Below the pieces are notes generated by a model. That model worked only from the letters and a program-made list of their open reading frames with translations, was not told the DNA's origin and searched no databases. The position numbers and the translations under genes are program-made. Positions 49,244-59,839 of a DNA stretch of 64,000 bases are shown piece by piece (within the stretch, counting starts at the first letter, position 1; each line of letters begins with the position of its first letter). This stretch comes from Candidatus Bathyarchaeia archaeon (lineage in GTDB: Archaea; Thermoproteota; Bathyarchaeia; Bathyarchaeales; DTEX01), in assembly GCA_038859955.1 (NCBI GenBank), contig JAWCEH010000003.1:36667-100666 (forward strand). The letters run 5' to 3'.

Positions 49244-49852
49244 TTATGACAAAGCATCAATTATCATTTGGCAAAACTCAGGTAGATCGTCCGGCACTCT
49301 ACCAGTTATTATGTTGCCATCTTTAACGGCGGGCTCATTTACGAAGATGGCTCCGGCGTTAACTAAATCATCTCTGACTGCAACGTAGCTAGTTACCCTT
49401 CTACCCTTTACAAGTCCGGCTGATATTAAAACTTGAGGTCCATGACATATTGCAGCTATAATTTTGCCACGTTCATGCGCTTTTCTAACGAGTTCTAAAA
49501 CTTCAGGCATTATCCTTAAAGCGTCTGGGGAAAAGCCGCCTGGAAAAATTAAGGCGTCGAAATCCTCCAATTCGATCTGGTCTATTCTTCTTACAGCGTA
49601 TCTGCCTCCTTCCTCAAAGACTTCGAGAGGTATAGGTGTTCCATATCGTCCGGTTACAGGTTTACCTTTAACAGACGGTCTTGGGTGAAGCCCTACTTCA
49701 ACTGGAATCACGACTACTTCAGCCCCTTCCTCACTGAGCCTTAGGAATGGATATAGAAGCTCCACGTCTTCAAATTCATGGGCAACTATTATGGCAACCC
49801 TACGGTTTTCAAGCCTACGTTTAGGTCCAACCCGTTTAACATATTTAGGCAT
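49244..49852 (-). CDS. DJ-1/PfpI family protein
   Basis: FEDVE, PGG, AICHG nucleophile elbow, DGNIIT. Confidence 0.9.
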   Translation of the reverse strand: MPKYVKRVGPKRRLENRRVAIIVAHEFEDVELLYPFLRLSEEGAEVVVIPVEVGLHPRPSVKGKPVTGRYGTPIPLEVFEEGGRYAVRRIDQIELEDFDALIFPGGFSPDALRIMPEVLELVRKAHERGKIIAAICHGPQVLISAGLVKGRRVTSYVAVRDDLVNAGAIFVNEPAVKDGNIITGRVPDDLPEFCQMIIDALS

Positions 49853-49906
49853 AATTTAAAATTTGTTTTGGTAAAATATAAGTTTCATCCTTGTTAGGGG
49901 TTTCTT

Positions 49907-51076
49907 ATGGGTTGCGGCATGAGTTCTTGGGAGAGGGTTGTAAGGGCTATGGAAATTTCAACTCCAGATAAGGTTCCGCTCTACGAAATGCATATTCCAC
50001 CCATAATAGCTTCAAGCATACTTAGAAAACCCGTAAACTCAATATTACTTCATAACCCCGATGTAGTTTACCATTTAATGAGCATGGAAAGCCTAGACTT
50101 GGATAAAATAAATAGACATATAGCTAAAGAGCTTATACAGCTTCATGAGAACACGGAAATAGATTGGATAAGAGTGGTTCCGGCTTATACGGCTAAGCCT
50201 AAAGATTTGAGGAAAATTGATGAACATATATGGATTATTAGTGGTAAAAGGTATAAGTGGTCCGGCTGCTCCCTCTGGAACATGGATGAAGAAGCCATCT
50301 ATGACCCAGACGTTATTCTTGAACAATGCAAAAACTCCGGCGTTAAAGTAGATACTAAAATCTTCGATATTCTAAGATATCTCGTTAAACAGGTTAAAGG
50401 AAAATTCTTTCTGTCATTTGATGCTGACGGATCTTGGGGGCCCATCGTCTCAAACCCAAATCTACTTAGGCATGTGCTGGTTTGGATGTATAAGCGCCCG
50501 GACGTCGTAAAAGCCATCATAGACTTTAACACTAAATATGCTTTAGAAGTAGGTGCCTGGGCTATTGATGAGGGTGCGGATGCTATACAAATGTGCGTAG
50601 ATTATGGTAATAAACGTGGACCATGGTTTTCTCCAGAAATGTTTAGGAAATTTGTAAAACCCGCGCTTAAAAAGCAGTGTGACGCTTTTAAGCGTAGAGG
50701 TGCCTTTGCGGTTCTACACTCAGACGGTAACATAACCCCCATACTTTCAGATGTGGTCGAGGCTGGAATTAACGCGTATCAGGGTATAGACGTGATCGCT
50801 GGTATGAGTTTGAGATATGTTAAAGAGAATTACGGCGAAAAGATATGCTTAGTAGGGAATGTTGATCCCAGAATACTTGAGTTCGGTAAGCCGGAAGACG
50901 TTGCTACTGAGGTTGAAAGATGTTTACTTGAGGGTGGCCTCAAAGGATACGTTTTATCTGCTTCAGCGAATATATCTGCCAATACTAACGCGGATAACTT
51001 TTTATACATGATTGAATACGCTAAGAAGCGCGGGGTCTACGCAGATGGAATAACCTTTTTAAGGTTTAAGAATTAA
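49907..51076 (+). CDS. UroD/MtaA-CmuA superfamily protein (divergent)
   Basis: PDKVP, CVDYG, LHSDGN, GNVDP. Confidence 0.8.
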   Translation: MGCGMSSWERVVRAMEISTPDKVPLYEMHIPPIIASSILRKPVNSILLHNPDVVYHLMSMESLDLDKINRHIAKELIQLHENTEIDWIRVVPAYTAKPKDLRKIDEHIWIISGKRYKWSGCSLWNMDEEAIYDPDVILEQCKNSGVKVDTKIFDILRYLVKQVKGKFFLSFDADGSWGPIVSNPNLLRHVLVWMYKRPDVVKAIIDFNTKYALEVGAWAIDEGADAIQMCVDYGNKRGPWFSPEMFRKFVKPALKKQCDAFKRRGAFAVLHSDGNITPILSDVVEAGINAYQGIDVIAGMSLRYVKENYGEKICLVGNVDPRILEFGKPEDVATEVERCLLEGGLKGYVLSASANISANTNADNFLYMIEYAKKRGVYADGITFLRFKN

Positions 51077-51085
51077 TATGATTAT

Positions 51086-51628
51086 ATGAGCGTTATAAAG
51101 CAAATCCTATACTTTAAAGAACCCGGACCGGAAAATACGGATGCCGTTTTAGAAGTTGTCCTTAGAAGAATTAAAGAAGGCGATATCAAGACGGTTGTTG
51201 TCGCAAGTACATCTGGCGAAACTGGTGCTAAATTTGCTAAATCCCTTAAGGGAGTATGTAACGTTATAGTTGTTTCTCATGAAGAAATGAGGCGAGAGTT
51301 TAAAGAGGAAATCCTAAAGTTTGGCGGAAAACCTTTAGATAAAACGCATCTTCCTCTCCATGCGCGCGGAATGGACGCCGTAAGGAATAGCTTCTACACT
51401 CTAGGGCAGGGCTTTAAGGTCTGCGTAGAAGTTGTGTTGATAGCTTCAGACCTAGAGGCATTGAATGCCGGAGAAGACGTTATAGCGGTTGCTGGGACAG
51501 ATAGAGGTTCAGACACGGCTATAGTGGCTAAAGCATGCAAAACCAGTGACATATTTAGTAAGGATAAGTCAAAGAGGCTTGAAATCAGAGAAATATTAGC
51601 TATGCCCCTTAAGAAAATGTGGTGGTGA
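51086..51628 (+). CDS. Pyruvate kinase C-terminal-like domain protein (COG1751-like)
   Basis: YFKEPGPENT, VVASTSGETG, GQGFKVCVE, GTDRGSDTA. Confidence 0.82.
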   Translation: MSVIKQILYFKEPGPENTDAVLEVVLRRIKEGDIKTVVVASTSGETGAKFAKSLKGVCNVIVVSHEEMRREFKEEILKFGGKPLDKTHLPLHARGMDAVRNSFYTLGQGFKVCVEVVLIASDLEALNAGEDVIAVAGTDRGSDTAIVAKACKTSDIFSKDKSKRLEIREILAMPLKKMWW

Positions 51629-51916
51629 AGGCTCAAGCTCGCTAGAACTAGAAATGCCCATTCACGTGACTTTCAAAAAACTCGAGTATGGTACTTTACA
51701 CCTTAAAAAATTCAAGGTAAATTATATTGAAAAACATTGGTTGAATTTTTAATTAATTTTTGTTTTAGAAAATAATATTTTTATTCAATTATAATTCCTT
51801 ATTTTCTCACTAATATGAACCTACCCCTCCCCTAGTAAGGTAATCTAGGCAAACGGGTTTAGGTATAAATATAATGAGCATTTTCAGCCATTATAATATG
51901 AGTTTCCAAAATAATT

Positions 51917-51946
51917 CTTTCAATTCCATCATAGGGATACTATAAG
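51917..51946 (-). CRISPR. Solitary CRISPR-repeat-like 30-mer (no array, no cas genes in window)
   Basis: Minus strand CTTATAGTATCCCTATGATGGAATTGAAAG: 30 nt ending in the ATTGAAAG handle, in an AT-rich intergenic region; only one good copy. Confidence 0.4.
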
Positions 51947-52009
51947 GTTTTATTCAAGCTTAACATTAAAGTGCGATTTTTTACTATACACCCTTGGAAT
52001 CTTAAGTTG

Positions 52010-53314
52010 CTATGGAATGTTTATTCCCGCCCGATTATTGACTCTTTTCCAATTATATCCATATATAATGGGTAATTTACCAAGCTTTATCTTTTCATCC
52101 CATTTATTTGCGAGATTTTCCTCCTCCTTGAAGGCTGATTCCGTAAGCCTATATAGGGTCTTTAGTTCTCCGCTGTTGATCAGCCTATTAGCTTCCATAA
52201 TAATCTTATCTTGTAGCGCATCCCTCTCCCTTGAATATTCCGCTATATAAACTCGGTAACATGTTTGAAACCTCCTATGGAACCTTTCTATCCTCCACCA
52301 ATATGATTTCGAACTATACTTGTTAGTTGGCTTCTCACCAAGATCCGGTAGCCCAGCATCAAAATGAAAGGGCTTAAATATGCTTAGACAAGGGTTTGAG
52401 ACCCCTGTAAACCAGTGTATATGTTTCTTTCCAAAGAGCATTGATATTTGTGAGCTAGCTGTTTGAGAGGGCCTAGTTAGGCCACCATAGTGCATACATA
52501 CGTCTCTCATAGAGCCTCTCTCTGGCCTATAAGGTGAATTCTCATGAGACCTAAGGATCCTAATAATATCCTCCAAGGTTATTTCCCCTTCCTTGTCCTT
52601 CAGCTCCTTAAGCGTGTAGGCTCTTCGCTCCTTACCATGCGCGAAATACGTGTAGAACCTATCTGAGTAGCATTTGGCGAAATTGAAGTCCCCCTCGCTC
52701 TTACACCACTCCATTTCCACAGCGTGCTCTACAAGATTTTTTGAGGATGAGTCCCAGTCGTTTTCTATTGTGAGGGCGTTTGAGATGCTGTAGACACCTC
52801 TGATTCTCTTCCAAGCCCAATATTTTCCAGCGGTCTCTAAAACGTAGGCTTCATTCGGGTCGCATATTACGAAGGAATTATGATATATTTGTTCATGCTC
52901 ATAGCTTCCGCTGCCGCCCTGCCCAAACTCCTTAATAACGGAAATTATAAAATCTAATGCTTCCTTCGATGTTACCGTTCTTTCAAGCGCTAATCTTATC
53001 AAATCCATCCCAAGTATTCCAGTCTTCTGGCGAGGTTCTCTTGTAAAGACGGCCGTATTACCTATTGCTAGGCCGAATTCGTTCACACCCATTTCAGCGC
53101 CCCAGATCCACCATGGACGCGAAATAGCTATCGCGTATGTTCTCTTTACCTGGGGAAAATCCACGTATGTTAGTCGAACCTTATCTTCGGTGTGCTCCAT
53201 TCTAGGTAAATATTCAAGTATCTGGGCTTCATTTGGATCTCTATCACTGTTTTTGGCGAAGATCATGCATCCATTCTTAGTAGTCTCTGGCGTAGCAACG
53301 AGAATATCGCACAT
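52010..53314 (-). CDS. Peptidase C69/secernin-like Ntn hydrolase
   Basis: N-terminal MCD nucleophile, FAKNSDR..NE, WGAEMGVNE, GMDLIRLALER. Confidence 0.9.
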   Translation of the reverse strand: MCDILVATPETTKNGCMIFAKNSDRDPNEAQILEYLPRMEHTEDKVRLTYVDFPQVKRTYAIAISRPWWIWGAEMGVNEFGLAIGNTAVFTREPRQKTGILGMDLIRLALERTVTSKEALDFIISVIKEFGQGGSGSYEHEQIYHNSFVICDPNEAYVLETAGKYWAWKRIRGVYSISNALTIENDWDSSSKNLVEHAVEMEWCKSEGDFNFAKCYSDRFYTYFAHGKERRAYTLKELKDKEGEITLEDIIRILRSHENSPYRPERGSMRDVCMHYGGLTRPSQTASSQISMLFGKKHIHWFTGVSNPCLSIFKPFHFDAGLPDLGEKPTNKYSSKSYWWRIERFHRRFQTCYRVYIAEYSRERDALQDKIIMEANRLINSGELKTLYRLTESAFKEEENLANKWDEKIKLGKLPIIYGYNWKRVNNRAGINIP

Positions 53315-53347
53315 TAATTCTCAGATGTGTGGCTAAACGATATAAGT

Positions 53348-54730
53348 TTATTGTCTCTTCAGTTCTTCATCCTCAAGTTTCATCATCCTCTTCTTTCTGT
53401 GAAGTTCCTCCAACCTTTCCTTTACTAACCTTAATCTTTCACCTGATAGTGGATATTTAATGAATACTAGAATTCCGAGGATTAGTGAAGATACTGGTAT
53501 AAGTGATACTAGAAGTCTTATTCCCAGCACCGCCATTGGGGGTTGCGGTATTAAATCGGGGATATATCCAAAATACGTTAGAACTGCACCAACAATTATT
53601 GCCTCGAGAACTATTGCAGATCTCATGAAGAGTGCCCTTATGCCATAATACATGCCCTCTCTTCTCTTACCGGTATTAAGCTCATCTTCATCGACTATTT
53701 CGGCTAAGATTATCTCCGACACAAGAAGGTTCCCAGCTAAGCCAATCCCAATAAACACGGCTATGATGAGCCCGGTTATAAAATTGTATGCAAACGCTAG
53801 AGGTATTAAGGCTAGAGACAGCGCCATCATGGAGAGTGTGAAGGCCTTCTTAGTGCCCCCTGAAACAGTTATTTTACTCCATAGGGCCAGTGCTGGCAGA
53901 ACAGACAGGAAAGCTGCTAAAAGAAATATCGATGTCTGCACATTGTCAAGCTCAAGAACATACTTCGCATAGAACGGTGTAACTGATGTTAAAACAATGA
54001 GTGAAAACTGCAGTAGAAAGAATGGCATAACGTAGAGTAGGAAGGTTTTATTGGCTAAAGTTGATTTAACAGCTTCTTTTAAAGGTAGGGCTTCCTCACT
54101 AGCAAACTCCGGTCTCTCCCTACTGCCAAAGAGCGAAACTATCAGCGTTAAAAGGGTTAATATTCCAATTATTATTCCAAGCCACTGCCAGCCCAGCATG
54201 CCATATATGAGCGGAGGCAGGGCCATGCCGGCTATGAGCCCAATTACGCCGAAGATCTGCACGTAATTCTCAGCCTCAGCCCTTTCAGTCAGCTCCAGAT
54301 ACATCTCTGGGAAGAGAGCTATCCAGTTTATAATGGTAAAAGTGTAAATCGTGTCAAAGAGTAGAATTGTCAGCGTGAAATAGAGGAATAGTCCAACATC
54401 ACTAGATAATACTCCGAAAGCTGATGGTATCCAAACAAGTAGATAGGAGATTGCTAAAGGAGGCGCTCCAAAGGCTATATACGGTATTCTTCTACCCCAC
54501 CTCGTCCTTGTTCTATCAGAAATATATCCCGCGATAGGGTCATTTATCGCATTCCATAAGCCATAAATGCTCCATCCTAATGATGCAAACTGCACATTCA
54601 ATCTGAGAACATCAACGTAGAAGAAGAACACAAAGGTCACGAAAGACTGATAGGAAACTTGGGCCGCAAAATATCCGACGCCGTACAACACTTTGTGTAT
54701 CCTTTTACTCGCCCATGAATCTAAGCTCAT
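53348..54730 (-). CDS. MFS transporter, glycoside-pentoside-hexuronide (MelB-like) family
   Basis: NDPIAGYISDRTRTRWGRR.PY, D.DEL.TG.RREG.YYG, about 12 TM. Confidence 0.9.
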   Translation of the reverse strand: MSLDSWASKRIHKVLYGVGYFAAQVSYQSFVTFVFFFYVDVLRLNVQFASLGWSIYGLWNAINDPIAGYISDRTRTRWGRRIPYIAFGAPPLAISYLLVWIPSAFGVLSSDVGLFLYFTLTILLFDTIYTFTIINWIALFPEMYLELTERAEAENYVQIFGVIGLIAGMALPPLIYGMLGWQWLGIIIGILTLLTLIVSLFGSRERPEFASEEALPLKEAVKSTLANKTFLLYVMPFFLLQFSLIVLTSVTPFYAKYVLELDNVQTSIFLLAAFLSVLPALALWSKITVSGGTKKAFTLSMMALSLALIPLAFAYNFITGLIIAVFIGIGLAGNLLVSEIILAEIVDEDELNTGKRREGMYYGIRALFMRSAIVLEAIIVGAVLTYFGYIPDLIPQPPMAVLGIRLLVSLIPVSSLILGILVFIKYPLSGERLRLVKERLEELHRKKRMMKLEDEELKRQ

Positions 54731-54868
54731 TATCTCACGCTTCTGGGTACCTATCTATTCTCATTTATCCACCAAATTAGACGCATTCTCAAATGCCGGA
54801 ATACTATATTCACTTAAATTTAAATCTTGAGGGAATGATACTATAACAAACATTTAGGTGAGAAATCT

Positions 54869-57499
54869 ATGGCCTTAAAAAGATCCGAGAAGCCTGAGTC
54901 CACTTTTCTCCATTTCATTTACAGGGCAAATAAAACTAGAGAAATCTCGTTCCCAATTGGCGGGATTGGAACCGGCTGTATTGGATTAGCCGGGAATGGT
55001 AGATTAATAGACTGGGAGATCTTCAATAGGCCTAATAAAGGAAGCATTAACGGCGTCTCTCACTTCGCCATAAAGGCCGAGGCTAACGGAAAGTTGCTAG
55101 ATGCTCGCGTTCTGAACGGTGATCTACCGCCTCCATATACGGGTGAGCTTAATAAGCCGATGTTCCAATCATTCGGTTTCGGTCCGCCCATAGGTTATAT
55201 GGCGGGTTTACCGCACTTTAGAGACTTCGAGTTTGAAGGCACGTATCCAATTGCTAAAATAAGGTTTTCAGATGAAAAGTTTCCTGGAAAGGTTCAGATG
55301 ATAGCGTTCAACCCATTTATTCCGCTAAATGATTTAGACTCAAGTATACCAGCCGCTTTCTTCGAAATAGACATCGAGAATACGAGCGAGAATGATATCG
55401 TATACTCCGTATGCCTTGTTGTCCAGAATCCACTGCCAGCTGGGACGACGGTTAACGTTTACGGAGAAAGGGAAGGAATGCGCTTCATAAAAATGTCATC
55501 AACAAAGATTAAGGAAGACGACCTGGAGTTTGGAGACTTAACTATAGCGACCGATGCTTCAGATGTTAGCTATCAAGAGTATGGGTTCAGGGGAACATGG
55601 TTCGATGGACTCTATATTTATTGGAGGGATTTCACCTCACCCGGAAAATTTAGAAATCGTAGGTACCCTCAGCCTCAGGAAGGAATAAGAGACCACGCGA
55701 TCCTTGCAGTGCACTTAAGCGTCAAGCCTGGAGAAACCGGACGGGCTAAGTTTATAATATCATGGAATTTCCCAAACTGCTACAACTACTGGAATCCGGA
55801 AAAAACCGAGAGACCAACCGTATGGAAGAATTATTACGCCAAGATCTTTAAGGACTCAGTTGAAACAGCCTCTTACTGTTTAAAGAATTGGGACAGCCTC
55901 TATGAAGAGACCGTTGATTTCAGAGACAGCCTATTTACTTCAACATTACCACCCTTCGTGATAGATGCCGTCTCAGCGAATATCTCGATTCTCAAGTCGC
56001 CTACAGTTCTACGTTTAGAAAACGGCTCACTCTATGGATTTGAGGGTTGCCACCCAAACTCTGGCTGCTGCGAGGGAAGCTGCATGCATGTATGGAACTA
56101 CGCATATACGCCTTTATTCCTCTTTCCGAAACTTGACCGGTCAATGTGGGACTTACACTACAAGTATGACCAACGTGAGGATGGGCGCATAAGCTTCAGG
56201 CTCCAGTTACCTCTAGGCAGAGATCAATGGAGCTTTCCGCATGCAGCCGTAGATGGACAATTCGGGAGCGCAATTAGAGCTTACGCCTATTGGAAGTTCA
56301 CTGGAGATGACGAATGGCTTAAATCAAATTGGCAATCGATAAAGAAGTCGATTGAATATGCGTGGGCTGAAACCAATGAGGATAAATGGGACCTTGATAA
56401 AGACGGCGTCCTAGAGGGTCGACAGCACAATACACTTGATATGGAGCTTTTCGGTCCAAACTCTTGGTTAACTGGTCTATATCTAGCAGCCTTAAAAGCC
56501 GGGGGTGAGATAGCTGAGTATTTAGGCGAGATGGAGAAGGCTAAGGAGTATAAAGAGATTTTTAATAAGGGTAAACGCTGGGTTGAGGATAATCTGTTCA
56601 ATGGTGAATACTTCCATCAACTTATTAATTTAAAGGATAAATCGATTCTCGAAAAATATAGTGCCACCGACCCAAGAGTTGTAAGCGTTTACTGGGACGA
56701 CGAGCATGAGGAAATAAAATATCAGATCGGTGAAGGATGCGGGATTGATCAAGTATTAGCTCAGTGGCATGCAAACTTATGCAACCTGGGTAAAATATTT
56801 GATAAGGAGAAGGTTAAGACCGCGCTGAAGTCGATCTATAAGTATAATTTTAAGAGGAGTGTGCGCGACTTCTTCAATCCATGTAGAATCTTCAGCCTGA
56901 ATGATGAAGCAGGAACAATTATTTGCAGTTGGCCTGAAGGGAAACCTAAACCTATTATACCGGTTCCATATGCTGAGGAAACATGGTGCGGAACAGAGTA
57001 CGCTGTTGCGTCGCATATGATCCAAGAGGGGTTAATTGATGAGGGACTGGAGATAGTTAGAGCTGTTAGGGACAGATATGATGGGGAGAAGAGAAACCCG
57101 TGGAATGAGATAGAGTGCGGAAGTAATTACGCTCGCTCTATGTCTTCTTACGCGCTGTTGCTGGCGCTTAGCGGCTTTAAATTCGACATGGTAAGAGGCT
57201 GTATAGAGTTTAATCCGCCGAGGATTATCGATGGAATTTTCAGATGCTTCTGGTCGACTGGAACTGGCTGGGGGACATTTGAGATAAAGGTGAAGGAAAT
57301 ATCAATAGTAGTTAAGTATGGAAGTCTCAAAATCAAAACACTTAATTTACCATTCTTAAGAGACAAGGAAGTTAGGGAAGTGAACGTTTCGGGTAAAAAG
57401 ATTAGATGTGAAAAGGTGGAAGGCGAATTGCGCTTCACAGACCCTGTGGTCCTCAGAAAAGGGGATTACTTAATGATCCTAATATCAACTGCAGATTAA
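54869..57499 (+). CDS. GH116 glycoside hydrolase (GBA2-like)
   Basis: PIGGIGTG N-terminus, YGFEG nucleophile, HNTLD acid/base, ECGSNYAR. Confidence 0.88.
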   Translation: MALKRSEKPESTFLHFIYRANKTREISFPIGGIGTGCIGLAGNGRLIDWEIFNRPNKGSINGVSHFAIKAEANGKLLDARVLNGDLPPPYTGELNKPMFQSFGFGPPIGYMAGLPHFRDFEFEGTYPIAKIRFSDEKFPGKVQMIAFNPFIPLNDLDSSIPAAFFEIDIENTSENDIVYSVCLVVQNPLPAGTTVNVYGEREGMRFIKMSSTKIKEDDLEFGDLTIATDASDVSYQEYGFRGTWFDGLYIYWRDFTSPGKFRNRRYPQPQEGIRDHAILAVHLSVKPGETGRAKFIISWNFPNCYNYWNPEKTERPTVWKNYYAKIFKDSVETASYCLKNWDSLYEETVDFRDSLFTSTLPPFVIDAVSANISILKSPTVLRLENGSLYGFEGCHPNSGCCEGSCMHVWNYAYTPLFLFPKLDRSMWDLHYKYDQREDGRISFRLQLPLGRDQWSFPHAAVDGQFGSAIRAYAYWKFTGDDEWLKSNWQSIKKSIEYAWAETNEDKWDLDKDGVLEGRQHNTLDMELFGPNSWLTGLYLAALKAGGEIAEYLGEMEKAKEYKEIFNKGKRWVEDNLFNGEYFHQLINLKDKSILEKYSATDPRVVSVYWDDEHEEIKYQIGEGCGIDQVLAQWHANLCNLGKIFDKEKVKTALKSIYKYNFKRSVRDFFNPCRIFSLNDEAGTIICSWPEGKPKPIIPVPYAEETWCGTEYAVASHMIQEGLIDEGLEIVRAVRDRYDGEKRNPWNEIECGSNYARSMSSYALLLALSGFKFDMVRGCIEFNPPRIIDGIFRCFWSTGTGWGTFEIKVKEISIVVKYGSLKIKTLNLPFLRDKEVREVNVSGKKIRCEKVEGELRFTDPVVLRKGDYLMILISTAD

Positions 57500-57582
57500 G
57501 TATAAATTAACAATAGACTGGCGATCAAGTTGCCAAAACTTTTTTGTCCGCGGCTAAGATATTCAATATCATGGTGGTTAAT

Positions 57583-58815
57583 ATGAATGTTGAGAAAATT
57601 GTCTCATACGCGCTTGAGAATGGTGAGGGAATTGTTAAACTGGCCCCTGCATGGGTTCCGAGGAGTTTCCTTTCGCCGGGTAAACGTCTCAAACTGGCCC
57701 CCGAAGACGTTTATGCTTTGGGTGCTGAGAGGGGTGGGATTGACGAGAGGTGGCTTGCATCGACAACTAAGGCTGATAATCCAGGGGCGCCTGAAGATGA
57801 GGGCTTAAGCTACATTATCATCCAAAACGGTTCAAGAATAGATAAAGTTCTCCTTAAGGATGCGATCGACGTTTTAGGTGAGAAGTTTCTTGGAAAAGAT
57901 ATTATGCGAAAGTATGGCGGATGGACTGTTTTAGCTAAATTCTTTGATAATTCATGCCCGATACCGCTACATCTACACCAGATGGAAGAGCATGCGCGAA
58001 GGGTTAATAGGCTTCCGAAACCAGAGGCCTACTATTTCCCACCTCAACTCAATGTTATTGAAGGAAAATTTCCATACACCTTCTTCGGTTTAGAGCCAGG
58101 CACGACAAAAGAGGATATTAAAAGGTGCCTAGAGAAATGGAGTATGGGCGATAATGGCATTTTGTATTTCTCTAGAGCCTACAAGCTTAAGCCTGGAACA
58201 GGGTGGTTTATCCCAGCTGGCATCCTTCACGCTCCGGGAACACTTGTAACGTACGAAGTGCAGAAAGCATCTGATGTTGCCGCTATATATCAATCTATGC
58301 TTGAGGATAAGCCCATATCGTGGGATCTTCTTGTAAAGGATGTTCCGAAAGAACATCACCAGGATCTGGACTATATCGTTGAGATGATAGACTGGAGCGA
58401 AAATCTAGATCCCGAGTTTAAGAGACACCATTATATCGAACCTATCCCCGCCATAGATCCAGAAGAATCTAGAAAAATGGGCTATGAAGAGAAATGGATA
58501 ATATATGGATCAAATGAGTTCAGTGCAAAAGAGTTAACAATCTACCCAGGCAACCGTGTAAAGATACTTGATAGAACGGCATACGGGCTCATCGTTATAC
58601 AGGGATACGGGAGAATAGGCAAATTTAAGGTTGAAGCACCAACAATGATAAGGTATGGTGACCTTACAAGCGACGAGCTATTTGTGACGGTTGAAGCGGC
58701 GAAAGATGGTGTGGAAATAGTTAACGAGAGTTCAAGCGAGAACTTAGTCATACTGAAGCATATGGGACCTGAAAATCCAGATGCACCAAAGAAACCCCGG
58801 TCCCTCCGAGATTAG
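57583..58815 (+). CDS. Cupin-fold sugar-phosphate isomerase-like protein (PMI type I-related)
   Basis: ERW, PLHLHQ, KPEAYY, GILHAPG, YEVQ..SD; start probably ATG at 57583 or 57571. Confidence 0.65.
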   Translation: MNVEKIVSYALENGEGIVKLAPAWVPRSFLSPGKRLKLAPEDVYALGAERGGIDERWLASTTKADNPGAPEDEGLSYIIIQNGSRIDKVLLKDAIDVLGEKFLGKDIMRKYGGWTVLAKFFDNSCPIPLHLHQMEEHARRVNRLPKPEAYYFPPQLNVIEGKFPYTFFGLEPGTTKEDIKRCLEKWSMGDNGILYFSRAYKLKPGTGWFIPAGILHAPGTLVTYEVQKASDVAAIYQSMLEDKPISWDLLVKDVPKEHHQDLDYIVEMIDWSENLDPEFKRHHYIEPIPAIDPEESRKMGYEEKWIIYGSNEFSAKELTIYPGNRVKILDRTAYGLIVIQGYGRIGKFKVEAPTMIRYGDLTSDELFVTVEAAKDGVEIVNESSSENLVILKHMGPENPDAPKKPRSLRD

Positions 58816-58834
58816 ATTGCTCGGAGAGAAGGGG

Positions 58835-59839
58835 TTAAACCCCTGCTTTTTTCATAATATTCTCTAAACTTCGCATTAGAGATATCTTATTCTCATCCTT
58901 TATTTCAACTCCAAGATTCTTATATCCCATTATTAATGCGCCTATAACGGGATAACTCACTGGAGGTGTAAAATTGGCGTTAGGCAATCGTTTTGAAACA
59001 TACCCTTTAAAGTACTCCCACACTTTCGGCTCGGCTCTGAAGACTCCGCCTGACGTTCCAACAATTATGCGCTCATTTTTGGCGAAAAGCCTCCTTCCTA
59101 AGGCGACTGCAGCTTGACCTAACTCTTCACCAGATTTCCTCAATATTCTAATTGCTACTTTATCACCTCTCCTAGCGGCTGAAAAAACTATTTTGGATAG
59201 CGGGGCAATTCTAGTTGATGTAGCTTCTTGATAGATTTTTGGAACAATATCCTTAAAATCTTTCACTTTAAACTCTTCCGCAAACATATCTGTTAGAACA
59301 GTCTTTTTGCCCCTGCCGTCATATGCCTTTGCAGCCAAAGCCAATGCTTGCGTCGCTATATAAAATGCGCTTCCTTCATCGCCCATAAGCCAACCCCAGC
59401 CACCTGAGATCATACTCTCTCCTTTGTTATTCATGCCATAGGCTATGGAGCCAGTGCCAGAGACAACAACTATTCCTGGCTCACCATTTGTTGCCGCGTA
59501 AAAGGCGACGACAACGTCATTAACTATAACTCTTTTTTTGGCAACTTCCAAAGGAACCACTTGGCTTGAGATTATCTCATAATCATATAGAGTTGTTAAG
59601 CCACCGATTCCAAAGCATCCTATCTCAGAAATTTTATCCCTTAATTTTTCATCCTCTATACTCAGGTATGCTCGTTGAATCGCTAACTTAACATTTCTGT
59701 GAGCGCCCTCAATACCAATCACATTATAATTACATGGTCCAGCGGCTCCAACACCAATGACTTGAAACTCCTCATCTGAAATTGCGCATATGGTTTTTGT
59801 TGCCCCTCCATCGACACCTAAAATTAATTTTTCTGACAT
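58835..59839 (-). CDS. BadF/BadG/BcrA/BcrD-type N-acetylglucosamine kinase-like sugar kinase
   Basis: GVDGGATKT, VND, SGTGS, GGWG..MGDEGS; next to nagA. Confidence 0.82.
   Translation of the reverse strand: MSEKLILGVDGGATKTICAISDEEFQVIGVGAAGPCNYNVIGIEGAHRNVKLAIQRAYLSIEDEKLRDKISEIGCFGIGGLTTLYDYEIISSQVVPLEVAKKRVIVNDVVVAFYAATNGEPGIVVVSGTGSIAYGMNNKGESMISGGWGWLMGDEGSAFYIATQALALAAKAYDGRGKKTVLTDMFAEEFKVKDFKDIVPKIYQEATSTRIAPLSKIVFSAARRGDKVAIRILRKSGEELGQAAVALGRRLFAKNERIIVGTSGGVFRAEPKVWEYFKGYVSKRLPNANFTPPVSYPVIGALIMGYKNLGVEIKDENKISLMRSLENIMKKAGV

Noticed and set aside
51629-52009. Full CRISPR array
   Set aside because: Only one convincing repeat; flanking candidates are too degenerate, so it is reported only as a solitary unit
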